A stretch of 32,000 nucleotides of DNA, taken from assembly GCF_000009705.1 (NCBI RefSeq), contig NC_003240.1, positions 60,001 through 92,000 on the forward strand, read 5' to 3'. Of the stretch, positions 16,893 to 26,901 are shown one piece after another (positions within the stretch are counted from its first letter, which is position 1; each line of letters starts with the position of its first letter). The translations under genes and the position numbers were made by a program. The notes below the pieces were generated by a model, which saw only the letters and a list, made by a program, of their open reading frames with translations, did not search any database and was not told the DNA's origin. The DNA comes from Nostoc sp. PCC 7120 = FACHB-418. GTDB lineage: Bacteria; Cyanobacteriota; Cyanobacteriia; Cyanobacteriales; Nostocaceae.

Positions 16893-18293
16893 TTAATGTG
16901 AGCGACGATATAGCATTTTAAATGGGTAAATAGAGCGAACGCTATCAAGTGGACGGACATCGAAAGGTAACTTAATAGTAAATGTGCTACCTTTACCAAA
17001 TTCACTTTGCACATCTATGCTGCCGTGATGTGCCAAAACAATTGCTTGGGCGATCGCTAATCCCAAACCAGAACCGCCAGTGCTACGAGAGCGATCGCTA
17101 TTGACTCGATAGAAGCGGTCAAAAATTTTAGTCAAATCATGCTGCGGAATACCAATACCCGTATCTTGAACCTGAATCACAGCATAATGGTCACTGCGAT
17201 CTAGGTAAACGGTTATCTTTCCTCCTTTTGGCGTGTATTGAATCGCATTGATAATTAAGTTAGAAAACAAGCGATAAAGCTGATCTGCATTACCAATAAC
17301 ATCCAAAGAAGTTGGCATCCGTACTGAAGATGTTAATGTTACATCAGATGCGATCGCCAAGGCTGCAAATTCCTCTATTAAGTCGTTAACAATATCATCC
17401 AAGCAGCAAATATCTCGTTGCATTGGCATTGGTTGACGATCCAGACGAGTCAGCAGCAACAAATCTGTAACCAGAGTTGTGAGTCGCTGATTTTGACGCT
17501 GTAGAGTTTGCAGAATGTCCCGTGCTTCTATTTCATCTATTTGGGGCATCAAAAGGGCTGATTCTACTGTCGCTTGTGTTGCTGCTAGAGGTGTCCGTAA
17601 TTCGTGTGCAGCATCTGCTGTAAATTGTTGAATTTGTCTATATGAGCGATAAATTGGCTGCATTGCTAACCCTGCTAACCACCAACTAGCAACACCAACC
17701 AGAGCCATTACCATTGGTAATCCCAATGCTAAAATGAGCTTCACAGCAACAAGATAACTGTTGAAGTCTGCCAGACTTCGCCCTACTTGAATGTAACCCC
17801 AATCACGATTGTCTTGGGTGTGTAGAACAAAAGAAATTTGGTGGTAGAAATGTCCTTTGCTGTCTTTCAGAGTTTGCCAAAGTTCCTTGTTAAAGGCTAC
17901 GGGTAATCCTTCTGGATAAGTTCCGGCTAGAGCAATCAAGCGTCCGGAATTATCGAAAAAACGCACATAATAATTACCTTGATTGATTGCGCTTAAAATA
18001 TGGCGTTTGGAACTTAACTGCTCTTGAATACAGCTTTTATCAACTACACAAATATTGGGTAAAAGCTGCTGTATAACTGGTTCTAATTCACCAGGTTGCT
18101 GTAATTTTAATTCAATACTGTCATGTAGTGTTCCGGCAACAGACTCCAGTTCTCGATCTAATGTCATCCAATGGGCATGGGAAATCGCTCTGTAGATACC
18201 AAATCCGCACAGGCTTAAAATCAAAGCCATAACGAGCGCATACCACAAGGCTAAACGCAGGCGGGTCTGCTTAAACAGTTTATTTTGATTCAT
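16893..18293 (-). CDS. sensor histidine kinase (two TM segments, periplasmic loop, HAMP, HisKA, HATPase)
   Basis: H-box [10 protein letters not shown]-box [11 protein letters not shown]-boxes DTGIGI and GGSGLGLAI. The start overlaps the response-regulator stop. Confidence 0.9.
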   Translation of the reverse strand: MNQNKLFKQTRLRLALWYALVMALILSLCGFGIYRAISHAHWMTLDRELESVAGTLHDSIELKLQQPGELEPVIQQLLPNICVVDKSCIQEQLSSKRHILSAINQGNYYVRFFDNSGRLIALAGTYPEGLPVAFNKELWQTLKDSKGHFYHQISFVLHTQDNRDWGYIQVGRSLADFNSYLVAVKLILALGLPMVMALVGVASWWLAGLAMQPIYRSYRQIQQFTADAAHELRTPLAATQATVESALLMPQIDEIEARDILQTLQRQNQRLTTLVTDLLLLTRLDRQPMPMQRDICCLDDIVNDLIEEFAALAIASDVTLTSSVRMPTSLDVIGNADQLYRLFSNLIINAIQYTPKGGKITVYLDRSDHYAVIQVQDTGIGIPQHDLTKIFDRFYRVNSDRSRSTGGSGLGLAIAQAIVLAHHGSIDVQSEFGKGSTFTIKLPFDVRPLDSVRSIYPFKMLYRRSH

Positions 18294-18994
18294 GGCGTGA
18301 GATTGAGACGATATCCTGTACCATGCAAAGTTTCAATCATATTCCCGCACCCACTGTTGGTTAGTTTGCGTCGCAGCAAACGCATTTGAGCAGCTACTAC
18401 ATTACTTATGGGTTCTGCACTCACTTCCCAAAGCTGATTACGAATTTGTTCAGTAGTTACAATTTGGTTTGGGTGTTTCATAAAATACTCTAGTAACTGG
18501 AATTCTTTATTAGTTAAGGAAATCTCCTGTTTCTTGCCTGTATTATTTTGACTAACAACCATATTGTTGCCGTAATCTAGAGTTAAGTTGCCAACAGTTA
18601 ATTCTTGGGGCTGAAATTGGGGCGATCGCCTCTGCAATGCCCGCAATCTAGCCAATAATTCAGCCATCCCAAATGGCTTTACCAAGTAGTCATCTGCACC
18701 CGCATCCAGCCCAGTCACTTTATCTTCCATTCTGTCTTTAGCTGTCAGCATTAAAACAGGTAGAGGACTTTGACGATAACGTAGCCTTTTGCATAACTCT
18801 AATCCTGATATTCCTGGCAACATCCAATCGAAAATAGCTAGCGTGTATTGTGTCCACTGATTTTCTAGATATGCCCAGGCATCATTACCATCGAGTACCC
18901 AATCAACTAAGTACTTCTGCTGGGTAAGAGTTCGCTTAATAGCAGCACCCAAATCTGGTTCATCTTCGACTAGTAACACTCTCATAGAGTTCAC
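18290..18994 (-). CDS. OmpR-family response regulator
   Basis: Receiver domain [11 protein letters not shown]...FDWMLPG...LMLTAK, then a winged-helix C-terminus ([13 protein letters not shown]...GTGYRL). Confidence 0.9.
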   Translation of the reverse strand: MNSMRVLLVEDEPDLGAAIKRTLTQQKYLVDWVLDGNDAWAYLENQWTQYTLAIFDWMLPGISGLELCKRLRYRQSPLPVLMLTAKDRMEDKVTGLDAGADDYLVKPFGMAELLARLRALQRRSPQFQPQELTVGNLTLDYGNNMVVSQNNTGKKQEISLTNKEFQLLEYFMKHPNQIVTTEQIRNQLWEVSAEPISNVVAAQMRLLRRKLTNSGCGNMIETLHGTGYRLNLTP

Positions 18995-19221
18995 CTGTCA
19001 ACAGTAAGTTGATATCTTTTTAAAAACTTTTTCATCTGTACATTTATATAAAATTTAAGTATAAAATTTTACAGAATTTTTTTTGAAATAGCAAAATGTT
19101 AACAGTGAAAAAGGACTCAGTAGATTGACTTGCCAAAATAGGTGTGGTCTTAGTTTGAGGAGTTACAGAAACTAAGTATTTGCAAGAGTCTATTGAGTCA
19201 CTATTTATTTTGACAGGTAAA

Positions 19222-19239
19222 GATGAAACTAAGATGAAA
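19222..19239 (-). promoter_or_regulatory. direct-repeat box a (GATGAAACTAAGATGAAA on +), 228 nt upstream of the response-regulator gene
   Basis: Two heptamers with an 11-bp period. The strand given is that of the presumed target gene. The function is inferred, not shown. Confidence 0.5.
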
Positions 19240-19491
19240 TTCCAGCTATTTCCCGAAAATTTATAAACTGATTTATAAACTATTGGTGTTCATTGTCACA
19301 TCAAGAAAGTTCATTAGCATTATTTTTCTCATATTCGAGTTTGACGCTATACAAACAAACCCTCCATTAACTTAAGCTTCATCGTCATGCAAGCAATAGT
19401 GTATACAAAGCAAATCATGGAAGTCAATTTAATGACAATGAGAAAATCATAGCTACTGATTTTTGGAAATTATTTAAGACAATATCTGAAA

Positions 19492-19509
19492 TTTCATCTT
19501 AATTTCATA
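19492..19509 (+). promoter_or_regulatory. direct-repeat box b (TATGAAATTAAGATGAAA on the minus strand), 338 nt upstream of the PLP-enzyme gene
   Basis: Same 18-mer in the opposite orientation to box a, so it has the same orientation relative to its nearest gene. Confidence 0.45.
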
Positions 19510-19846
19510 TTTATCTTTCAGGATAGAAATATCGAGTCTATTCATGAATGAATACAGGCATTTCTGAGAATTGGCTTGAAAAAATAAACCTGTTAGATAT
19601 TGATTATTAACTAGGAGTGATGCCCCGTAAAGCTGACACACCAATTGCCATAGCACAAAAGCAAACCTACCAATAATTGGGGCGGCTGATTTAATCAGGT
19701 ATTCCAAGACATTTGTACATGACATCAAGTTTATTACAAATATCACTAAATTTAGGCTGTAAATACGACATAAGAGAGCTTTAGCAAGTAAGCAAGTTTA
19801 CAAAGTTGCAGCCACAGTAATTTCCTCATTTGTTTCAATATTCAAT

Positions 19847-20941
19847 ATGAATTCTTTTCCCAAAACTTTATCGTCCGAGAACTTTTCTAGTTCGCAATAC
19901 AACAATCGTAAGAGATACAATCTTTTTGTATCTGCCAATGTTACCCAGGCACTAGGAAATGTCCCGATCGTACAGCTTGGAAACATATCCCGTGTATGTA
20001 TTGAATCAGAGTGTTTATTAAAGCTTGAGAGCTGCAATCCTGGAGGATCAATTAAGGAGAAAAATGCAGTTTACCTCGTCAAGCGTGCGGAGGAAGAAGG
20101 ACTACTTGTACCTGGTGGTACGATTATCGAGTCAAGCTCAGGAAATTTCGGCGTTGGTTTAGCAATGGTAGGAGCAGTCCGAGGGTATCGAGTGATTATT
20201 GTTGTCGATGCCAAAACTGCGCCACCGTTTAGACGAATGCTGAAAGCATATGGTGCGGAACTTGTGGATGTACCGCTACATGAAGCAGACGAATCAGGCT
20301 CTATGCAAAAGGCGAGAATGAAACGAGCGCATGAGCTTACCGCAACTATCCCTAATGCTTGGTATCCATGTCAGCACTTGAATCCTTGGAATACTGAGGC
20401 ACATTCATACTACACTGCGCGGGAAATTGAAGCCCACTTTGCTGGTGAACTTGATGCTGTCGTGGTAGGTGTTAGCACGGCGGGACAAATAATGGGAATA
20501 GCTCGTTATCTCCTACCGCGATTTCCCAAAATACGTATTGTTGGCGTTGATGTGGTGGGTTCAGTGATTATGGGAACGCCAGCCAAACCATACAAGATGA
20601 CGGGTATTGGGTTATCTTTCTTTCCACCAAATCTGGATATTTCAATGCTCGATCGCGCTTACGTGATACCAGAGGATATGGCTTACTCGGTGTGTCATGC
20701 ACTTGCAAGTCGTGAAGGATTGCTTCTTGGTGCATCAACAGGGGCAATTGTCGCTGGTGGTTTGCATCTGGCGCGCTCTCTTGGTGCGGGTGCGCGGATT
20801 TTGATGATCAATCCAGACCGAGGGGATAGATACCTTGAGACAGTCTACGATTCCGATTGGCTTGATCATCATGGATTTACCTTGAAACAGGGGGAACATC
20901 TTGATGATGCGATCGCCTCACTGACTCCTCTGTATTTTTAG
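19847..20941 (+). CDS. PLP-dependent cysteine synthase / CBS-family beta-replacement enzyme
   Basis: LESCNPGGSIKEKNA (PLP-lysine motif) and ESSSGNFGVGLAMVGAVRGYRVIIV (Asn-loop region), with C-terminal GASTGA. It has a ~25-aa N-terminal extension relative to the usual CysK start. Confidence 0.8.
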   Translation: MNSFPKTLSSENFSSSQYNNRKRYNLFVSANVTQALGNVPIVQLGNISRVCIESECLLKLESCNPGGSIKEKNAVYLVKRAEEEGLLVPGGTIIESSSGNFGVGLAMVGAVRGYRVIIVVDAKTAPPFRRMLKAYGAELVDVPLHEADESGSMQKARMKRAHELTATIPNAWYPCQHLNPWNTEAHSYYTAREIEAHFAGELDAVVVGVSTAGQIMGIARYLLPRFPKIRIVGVDVVGSVIMGTPAKPYKMTGIGLSFFPPNLDISMLDRAYVIPEDMAYSVCHALASREGLLLGASTGAIVAGGLHLARSLGAGARILMINPDRGDRYLETVYDSDWLDHHGFTLKQGEHLDDAIASLTPLYF

Positions 20942-22302
20942 TGGCTCATCATAGATTAATGTTGAAAAAAATCATGAACATTTCACCTCAGCAGGGACAG
21001 GAAGGTAATAATACAGCTTCAGGGCGATCGCTACTAGCACTACTGAAGCAGTTTATTCCACTTTCCCTATCTGATGTGGCAATGACTCTCGGAGATCCGC
21101 TTCAGACATCTGCACTTAGCCGCCTATCTTTTCCGCAAGAGACATTAGCTGGAGTCGGGGTAGTCAAAGGAGTTGCCGTATTTCTGGAAAGCCCCATTAT
21201 CATGATTCTTCATGCCTCAACTGCACTGGGAGGCCAAGCTAAATCTCGTCGCGTACTTTGGCAGTTTACGGTAATTGCGGGACTAGCTCTGAGTGGTATC
21301 TTTCTGTTCCTCACTTGGAAACCCTTATATAACTGGCTACTGCTTGATTTATTCGGCGTTAGCTCATCAATCGCTGCACGAGGAAGAACTGCTTTTCTGC
21401 TAATGTTCCTGTGGCCTTTCGTGATTGCTTGGCGGCGATTCTTTCAAGGGTTACTGATCCGCGCTCACAAGAGCATAGCTGTAGGTTGGGCAAGTGTAGC
21501 GCGATTGACTTGGGTAATTGTGACGCTAGCAGTGGGAGTAAGTTTGAGGTTAGATGGCGCATTTTTAGCAGGTATCACCATGATGGGAGCAATACTCATT
21601 GAGGCGGTGCTGGTTACATGGTTTGGTCTACGTCTTGGTGCTATTTCTATTCTTAATCAACAAGGATATTCTGAAACTAAGAAACTGCCTCAAACCTTTG
21701 GTGAAGTTACCTTTTACTATCTTCCTTTAGCCTCAACCATGCTTTTGGTTTGGGGTGCAAGAGCAATACTCTTGAGTTTGATTGCACGCGCATTCGATGG
21801 TAGCATTGCACTTGCTGTTTGGCCTGCGGCCTGGGGGCTACTTCTTTCGATCGCTAACGGTACACGTATGATTCAACAAGTGGTAATTTCTGCTTATGAA
21901 GAAACTTCCAGGCGAACACTTGCTGCTTTTGTAATTATTGTCGGGTTAAGTTTTACTTTGATACCTTTTTTTCTGGGGTATACAGATCAAGGATTATTTT
22001 TACTGCGTCAGTTTTTGGGTAATAATCCCTCTCTTGTAAACGCATCTCGTCCAGTTATACAAATACTCTCATGTTTACCCCTGCTCTTGGCTCTGCAAAA
22101 TACTTTTCAAGGGCTACTGATTCACAAAGGCAAGAACTGGTTCATTAACTTGGCAACACTGGTTGCCGCAATCTTGACTTTAGTAGTATGCGGAACCCTA
22201 ATTTTTACCAGACATAGCGGAGCTAATTCAGCAGCTTATGGAATGCTTGCAGGTGTAATTGGTGAAATAATAGTGCTTTTTTTCGCGCTTCAGAGTAAAT
22301 AA
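20941..22302 (+). CDS. polytopic membrane protein, MATE/MOP-superfamily-like exporter (tentative)
   Basis: About 12 hydrophobic segments, and an N-terminal region resembling the MATE pattern (FIPLSLSDVAMTLGDPLQT...LAGVGVV). The GTG at 20941 overlaps the upstream TAG; ATGs at 20959 or 20974 are alternative starts. Confidence 0.5.
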   Translation: MAHHRLMLKKIMNISPQQGQEGNNTASGRSLLALLKQFIPLSLSDVAMTLGDPLQTSALSRLSFPQETLAGVGVVKGVAVFLESPIIMILHASTALGGQAKSRRVLWQFTVIAGLALSGIFLFLTWKPLYNWLLLDLFGVSSSIAARGRTAFLLMFLWPFVIAWRRFFQGLLIRAHKSIAVGWASVARLTWVIVTLAVGVSLRLDGAFLAGITMMGAILIEAVLVTWFGLRLGAISILNQQGYSETKKLPQTFGEVTFYYLPLASTMLLVWGARAILLSLIARAFDGSIALAVWPAAWGLLLSIANGTRMIQQVVISAYEETSRRTLAAFVIIVGLSFTLIPFFLGYTDQGLFLLRQFLGNNPSLVNASRPVIQILSCLPLLLALQNTFQGLLIHKGKNWFINLATLVAAILTLVVCGTLIFTRHSGANSAAYGMLAGVIGEIIVLFFALQSK

Positions 22303-22324
22303 TTGGATTAATTTTGACTAGCAA

Positions 22325-22798
22325 CTATGGCACTATTAACACGGAACAAAAAGCATGATGAAGCAGATAGTTGCTAACACGACCTAAAACAAATTCTTCT
22401 ATAGTAGAAAGCCAACGCCGCCGTCCAATTACAATCAAGTCTGCTTGCCAATTCCGAGCAAATTCACAAATGGTTTCGCCAGGTTGACCAACGTGTTGTT
22501 TGTATTCTACTTCTACACCTGCTGCTGTTGCTTCTGTTGTATATAAATGCAGCATCTCTAACTTTGGCTGGGAGAATTTATCTAACATTTTTTGGCTGTG
22601 TTGTGCAGCTTCACTGTCTTTATCGGGATCATAGTAATTTAAAATGTCAGTAGTATCTAGATATCCCTCTTCTTCAGGACATAAAACGTTAAATATCATA
22701 AGGTTAGCCTTTGTGAGTTTTGCCAGAGCAAGTGCTTTTTCAAAAACACGCTTGCTAACTTTAGAACAGTCTATTGCCACTAAAATTTTCTGAAACAT
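22325..22798 (-). CDS. universal stress protein family (UspA)
   Basis: MFQKILVAIDCS...ADLIVIGRRR...GRVSNYLLHHAFCSVLIV. Confidence 0.85.
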   Translation of the reverse strand: MFQKILVAIDCSKVSKRVFEKALALAKLTKANLMIFNVLCPEEEGYLDTTDILNYYDPDKDSEAAQHSQKMLDKFSQPKLEMLHLYTTEATAAGVEVEYKQHVGQPGETICEFARNWQADLIVIGRRRWLSTIEEFVLGRVSNYLLHHAFCSVLIVP

Positions 22799-22813
22799 AA
22801 AAAACTCCTTATC

Positions 22814-23509
22814 TTATTCCATACGCACAATATCTCTCATTCCTAGCCAGTTATAGCGTCGAATCAACCAAGGCAACACTATAATTACAATGAGGAAAAT
22901 AACAGAAATAGCCATTCCTAAAGGTGTTCCTACGCTTAATGCTTCTCCCATATATGTCAGCAAAAATGTTGAAGGAATCATACCTAAAAACGTAGCAATT
23001 GCATATTTAGGGAAAGAAAGACCAGCTATTCCCGCAGCATAGCTAATCAAATCAAAAGAAAATATTGGCAACATCCGAGTAATAAAAATTAACCAGCTAA
23101 GATAGGTCTCTCCTTTGTTTTTTGAGAAATAAATGATTTTACCTGTTAAAGCTTTAATTGCCGATCGCCCCAAAGTTCGTCCCAAAAAATAAGCAATTAA
23201 ACCACCTAGAAAACCTCCTATGATGCTGTAAACTCCTGCCATGAATGTCCCCCAAATAGTGCCAGCTATAACTGCGAGTGGCGCACTGGGAATAGGACTA
23301 ATAACTACAGATAAAGCCAAGATACCAATATAGACAAATGGGCCAAGTAACCCTAAATTTTTTACAGTTTGTCTAAATCCTTCTGGTGTTAATAAATTCA
23401 ACTGGGGATTCAATAGCCAATAACAGACGGCTAAACATAGGAGCAAAATTGCCAACCCAAAGGCGTTTTGACGATTAAACAGGATTTTGATTCTTTCCTG
23501 TCTTTTCAC
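22814..23509 (-). CDS. DedA / TVP38-TMEM64 family membrane protein
   Basis: VISPIPSAPLAVIAGTIWG...GGFLGGLIAYFLGRTLGR is typical of this family. Confidence 0.75.
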   Translation of the reverse strand: MKRQERIKILFNRQNAFGLAILLLCLAVCYWLLNPQLNLLTPEGFRQTVKNLGLLGPFVYIGILALSVVISPIPSAPLAVIAGTIWGTFMAGVYSIIGGFLGGLIAYFLGRTLGRSAIKALTGKIIYFSKNKGETYLSWLIFITRMLPIFSFDLISYAAGIAGLSFPKYAIATFLGMIPSTFLLTYMGEALSVGTPLGMAISVIFLIVIIVLPWLIRRYNWLGMRDIVRME

Positions 23510-23530
23510 TTACTTAGTTCTCCCAATATT

Positions 23531-24184
23531 TTAGGTATTACTTCTCTTGGTGCTGTCTCCCAGACGAGGGAAAAAAGCTGGTGTATTGCTGGCATAGCGA
23601 TCGTACTCTTCGCCAAATTCTGCTCGTACCTCACGTTCTTCTTGGCGTGCTAGTCGTGTATACATCCACACCAGCACCGGAAACATCAATAATGTGAGAA
23701 TTGTCGGCCACTGAAGCAAAAAACCAAACATGATACTGATAAAAGCTAGATACTGGGGATGGCGAATTGTTGCATAAGGGCCAGTAGTAGCTAATGTGTG
23801 AGAACGCTGGGCTTTGTACAGAACCTCCCAAGCTGATGCCAATAAGATAAACCCACCAAAAATGAGGATGTTACTCAAAATATGCAACACATTAAAGTGA
23901 GGATTGCCTTTCATACCCAGCATTGTCCACCAGAGATGTCCTACATCATGGGAAAGTAAATCCAACTTTGGATAGCGGCTTTGCAACCAACCTGAAAGTA
24001 GGTAAATTGTTAAAGGTATGCCGTACATTTCAGTGAACAAAGCCATGATAAAGGCAGAAAAAGCACCAAAGGCTCGCCAATCACGGGGACTTTTTGGTTT
24101 TGTAAAGCTGAAGGCAAAGATAATAAATACCAAAGAGTTGATAATCACCAAAGACCAAAGACCGTAGGCGGGTGCGTTGTTCAT
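23531..24184 (-). CDS. isoprenylcysteine carboxyl methyltransferase (ICMT/PEMT)-like membrane methyltransferase
   Basis: TTGPYATIRHPQYLAFISIMFG motif in a multi-TM protein. Confidence 0.75.
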   Translation of the reverse strand: MNNAPAYGLWSLVIINSLVFIIFAFSFTKPKSPRDWRAFGAFSAFIMALFTEMYGIPLTIYLLSGWLQSRYPKLDLLSHDVGHLWWTMLGMKGNPHFNVLHILSNILIFGGFILLASAWEVLYKAQRSHTLATTGPYATIRHPQYLAFISIMFGFLLQWPTILTLLMFPVLVWMYTRLARQEEREVRAEFGEEYDRYASNTPAFFPRLGDSTKRSNT

Positions 24185-24211
24185 TTCTTATTTCCTGTTG
24201 ATTGATATTTT

Positions 24212-24442
24212 TTACCGAGATGAACGATCATTTCCGTCACTGTGTCCGCCGTGTCCACCATGTCCTCCGTGCATAAATAAGTGCATGAATGGGCAGGCTA
24301 AAAGTAACAAGTAGGGGAGAATTCCAGCTAGATGTGCTAAGTGTTCAGTGATGAGAAAAAATGCAGCAATGGCCAGGAAAATATATAAGGCTATTTTGGC
24401 GGGCGATCTCCACCAACTATCTTGACTAGATTGATGATTCAT
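24212..24442 (-). CDS. DUF2933-like small membrane protein with a His-Gly repeat
   Basis: Two TM segments, then FMHLFMHGGHGGHGGHSDG. This type of protein commonly accompanies heavy-metal ATPases. Confidence 0.65.
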   Translation of the reverse strand: MNHQSSQDSWWRSPAKIALYIFLAIAAFFLITEHLAHLAGILPYLLLLACPFMHLFMHGGHGGHGGHSDGNDRSSR

Positions 24443-24477
24443 AGAATTTTTCCCCCAATCCAGTTAACAATTGCAAT

Positions 24478-26652
24478 TCAATTTGTTGACAATTTGAATC
24501 CTTTCAACAGTGATGAATTAACAATCACTGACAAGGAACTCAAAGCCATCGCAGCTGCGGCAATCATTGGGTTGAGTAAACCGAAGGCAGCAATGGGAAT
24601 GCCAATGGAGTTGTAAATAAATGCCCAAAATAGGTTTTGTTTAATTTTGAGCATCGTGGCACGAGATAGGCGAATTGATGTGACAACATCGCGCACATCG
24701 TTTTTAACCAGAATGATGCCGCCTGTTTCCTTGGCCACATCTGCACCAGAACCAATAGCAATCCCAATGTCAGCAGTTGCTAAGGCTGGTGCATCATTAA
24801 CACCATCTCCCACCATTGCCACAACTTCGCCACGTCGTTGAATATCTTTAACGACTTGGGCTTTATCACCGGGTAATACCTCAGCAATTACCTTATCGAT
24901 TCCTAGTTGACGAGCGATCGCTTCGGCAGTACGCTGGTTATCTCCAGTGAGCATCACAACTTTGACCTTTTCCCGACGCAAAGCAGCGATCGCTTCCTTG
25001 GCTTCAGGTTTGATGGTGTCGGCTACTGCTACAATCCCCATCAACAAACCATTACAACCAACCAGCATGGCTGTTTTACCATCAGATTCCAGACGAGTCA
25101 ATATCTCTTCTGTTGCCGGATTTATTTGATAGCCTTGCTCGCGGAACAAGCGGCGATTACCCAGCAAAATCCTATCTCGATTAATTGCTCCCCGAATCCC
25201 ATGTCCGGGAATTGCCTCAAAATTACTCACCTTGGGAATATCTAGCCTCTGATGTCTGGCTGCTCGCACAATTGCTTCACCCAAAGGATGTTCTGAACCC
25301 GCTTCTACCGCCGCCGCCAACCGCAGAATTTCATCGTTTGGGCGTTCTGCCAAGGGTACAATATCCGTCACACTAGGCTCACCACGAGTCAAAGTTCCAG
25401 TTTTGTCGAAAATTACGGTAGAGAGCTTTTCAGCTCGTTCTAAAATTTCACCACCCCGAATCAAAATCCCGCCTTCTGCTCCCTTACCCACACCAACCAT
25501 CAACGCGGCGGGAGTAGCAATACCCAAAGCACAGGGACAAGAAATAATTAACACAGCAATAAATGCCAGTAAAGCTTGCGGAAAGTTCCCGACAAGTAAC
25601 CAACCGAGAAATGCCAGTACCGCAATTCCCACAACCGCAGGCACAAAATAACCCGTCACTTTATCTGCCAACCGTTGGACTTGAGCCGTACTTGTCTGGG
25701 CTTCCTCCACAATTTTGATGATTTGAGCTAAAGCCGTTTCCGCCCCCACACGAGTCGCCCGAAAACGGAAAAGTCCGGTTCTGTTTAAAGTACCACCAAT
25801 CACCGCAGATTCGGCTTGCTTCTCTACTGGTAGTGACTCCCCTGTCAGCATTGACTCATCTACAGATGAAGATCCATCCAGCACAATTCCATCCGTCGGT
25901 ACTTTTTCTCCCGGACGGACAACAACTGTTTCATCCACCATTAATTGCTCTGCCGGAATTTCCATCTCCATACCATCTCGGATGACTCTGGCGGTGGCAG
26001 GTTTTAAATCTAGAAGTTTGCGTACTGCTGCCGATGAGTTCTTTTTGATAATTTCTTCCATATACTTGCCTAGTAAAACAAAGGCAATGACGACGGCAGA
26101 AACTTCAAAATAAACGCTACGTTCCTCAACTCCAACAGGTAGAGCATTAGGAAAGAAAATCACTGCCACACTATAGAAATAGGCAACACTGGTTCCTAAA
26201 GCAATCAGGAAATCCATGTTTACATTGCGGCTTTTGATGGCATTCCACGCTCCCACGTAAAATGACCAGCCACCAATGAACTGTACAGGGGTAGCCAGGA
26301 TAAAAAGCCAGACTCCCCAAGTGAACCAGGGTAGAGCAGAAATCGGCACCCAGCTTAAGATACTTACACCAGCTGCCAGTCCCAAAAATGCAGCCGCTCG
26401 CAGAATTGCTAAAAATAGTACCCCCGTCATCGCAATGGTGACGCGAGTCCGCATTGATTTAAGTTCCTTCTCAGGATCTAAAAATGTGTTTAAGCAAGTT
26501 TGGCTGCAAAAATAGTAATTGCGTCCACCTCTTTCTGTCTTCAAGGATGTGGCTTTAGGTACTGTCATGCCACAAATAGGATCTTTCGCCATCCCACCTT
26601 GAGGTACAATGCTTGCGTGTCTATGTCCGTGATGCTCGTGAGTTCTTGCCAT
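24478..26652 (-). CDS. P1B-1-type Cu(I)/Ag(I)-translocating P-type ATPase with a His-rich and YHS/TRASH N-terminus
   Basis: CPC (IISCPCALG), [17 protein letters not shown]7 YNSIGIP (YN-x4-P) and TM8 MALSSLS (M-x2-SS). The N-terminus has HEHHGHRH and DPICGMTV...YYFCSQTC. Confidence 0.95.
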   Translation of the reverse strand: MARTHEHHGHRHASIVPQGGMAKDPICGMTVPKATSLKTERGGRNYYFCSQTCLNTFLDPEKELKSMRTRVTIAMTGVLFLAILRAAAFLGLAAGVSILSWVPISALPWFTWGVWLFILATPVQFIGGWSFYVGAWNAIKSRNVNMDFLIALGTSVAYFYSVAVIFFPNALPVGVEERSVYFEVSAVVIAFVLLGKYMEEIIKKNSSAAVRKLLDLKPATARVIRDGMEMEIPAEQLMVDETVVVRPGEKVPTDGIVLDGSSSVDESMLTGESLPVEKQAESAVIGGTLNRTGLFRFRATRVGAETALAQIIKIVEEAQTSTAQVQRLADKVTGYFVPAVVGIAVLAFLGWLLVGNFPQALLAFIAVLIISCPCALGIATPAALMVGVGKGAEGGILIRGGEILERAEKLSTVIFDKTGTLTRGEPSVTDIVPLAERPNDEILRLAAAVEAGSEHPLGEAIVRAARHQRLDIPKVSNFEAIPGHGIRGAINRDRILLGNRRLFREQGYQINPATEEILTRLESDGKTAMLVGCNGLLMGIVAVADTIKPEAKEAIAALRREKVKVVMLTGDNQRTAEAIARQLGIDKVIAEVLPGDKAQVVKDIQRRGEVVAMVGDGVNDAPALATADIGIAIGSGADVAKETGGIILVKNDVRDVVTSIRLSRATMLKIKQNLFWAFIYNSIGIPIAAFGLLNPMIAAAAMALSSLSVIVNSSLLKGFKLSTN

Positions 26653-26668
26653 TTTTGAATGAACTCCT

Positions 26669-26845
26669 TCATCCTGCTGGTTGTGATTTAAAAGTATGCA
26701 GCCAAGTCTGGCTGCAAAAATAGTAAGTCTGTCCGTCTCGCTCGGACTTCAATGCTGTAGCCTTTTCTACAGTCATGCCACATATTGGGTCTACAGCAGT
26801 CTTTTCACTATCTTGTTGACGCTTGCGTCTAAAAAAATTCCACAT
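26669..26845 (-). CDS. unannotated 58-aa YHS/TRASH-domain protein (below the ORF-track size cut-off)
   Basis: Hand translation gives [58 protein letters not shown]. It closely parallels the ATPase N-terminus. An AAGGAG before the ATPase ATG lies just after its stop. Confidence 0.7.
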   Translation of the reverse strand: MWNFFRRKRQQDSEKTAVDPICGMTVEKATALKSERDGQTYYFCSQTWLHTFKSQPAG

Positions 26846-26901
26846 AATTGACCTCCTTGAGAGCAGATGTCAATCCTGTCAGGTCAAAATCTCCCCGGAA
26901 T

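Noticed and set aside
19474-20037. ORFs 19474-19746 (-) and 19798-20037 (-) in the long intergenic region.
   Set aside because: They have no Shine-Dalgarno and odd composition. One ends inside box b, and the other overlaps the 5' end of the PLP-enzyme gene. I treat the region as regulatory.
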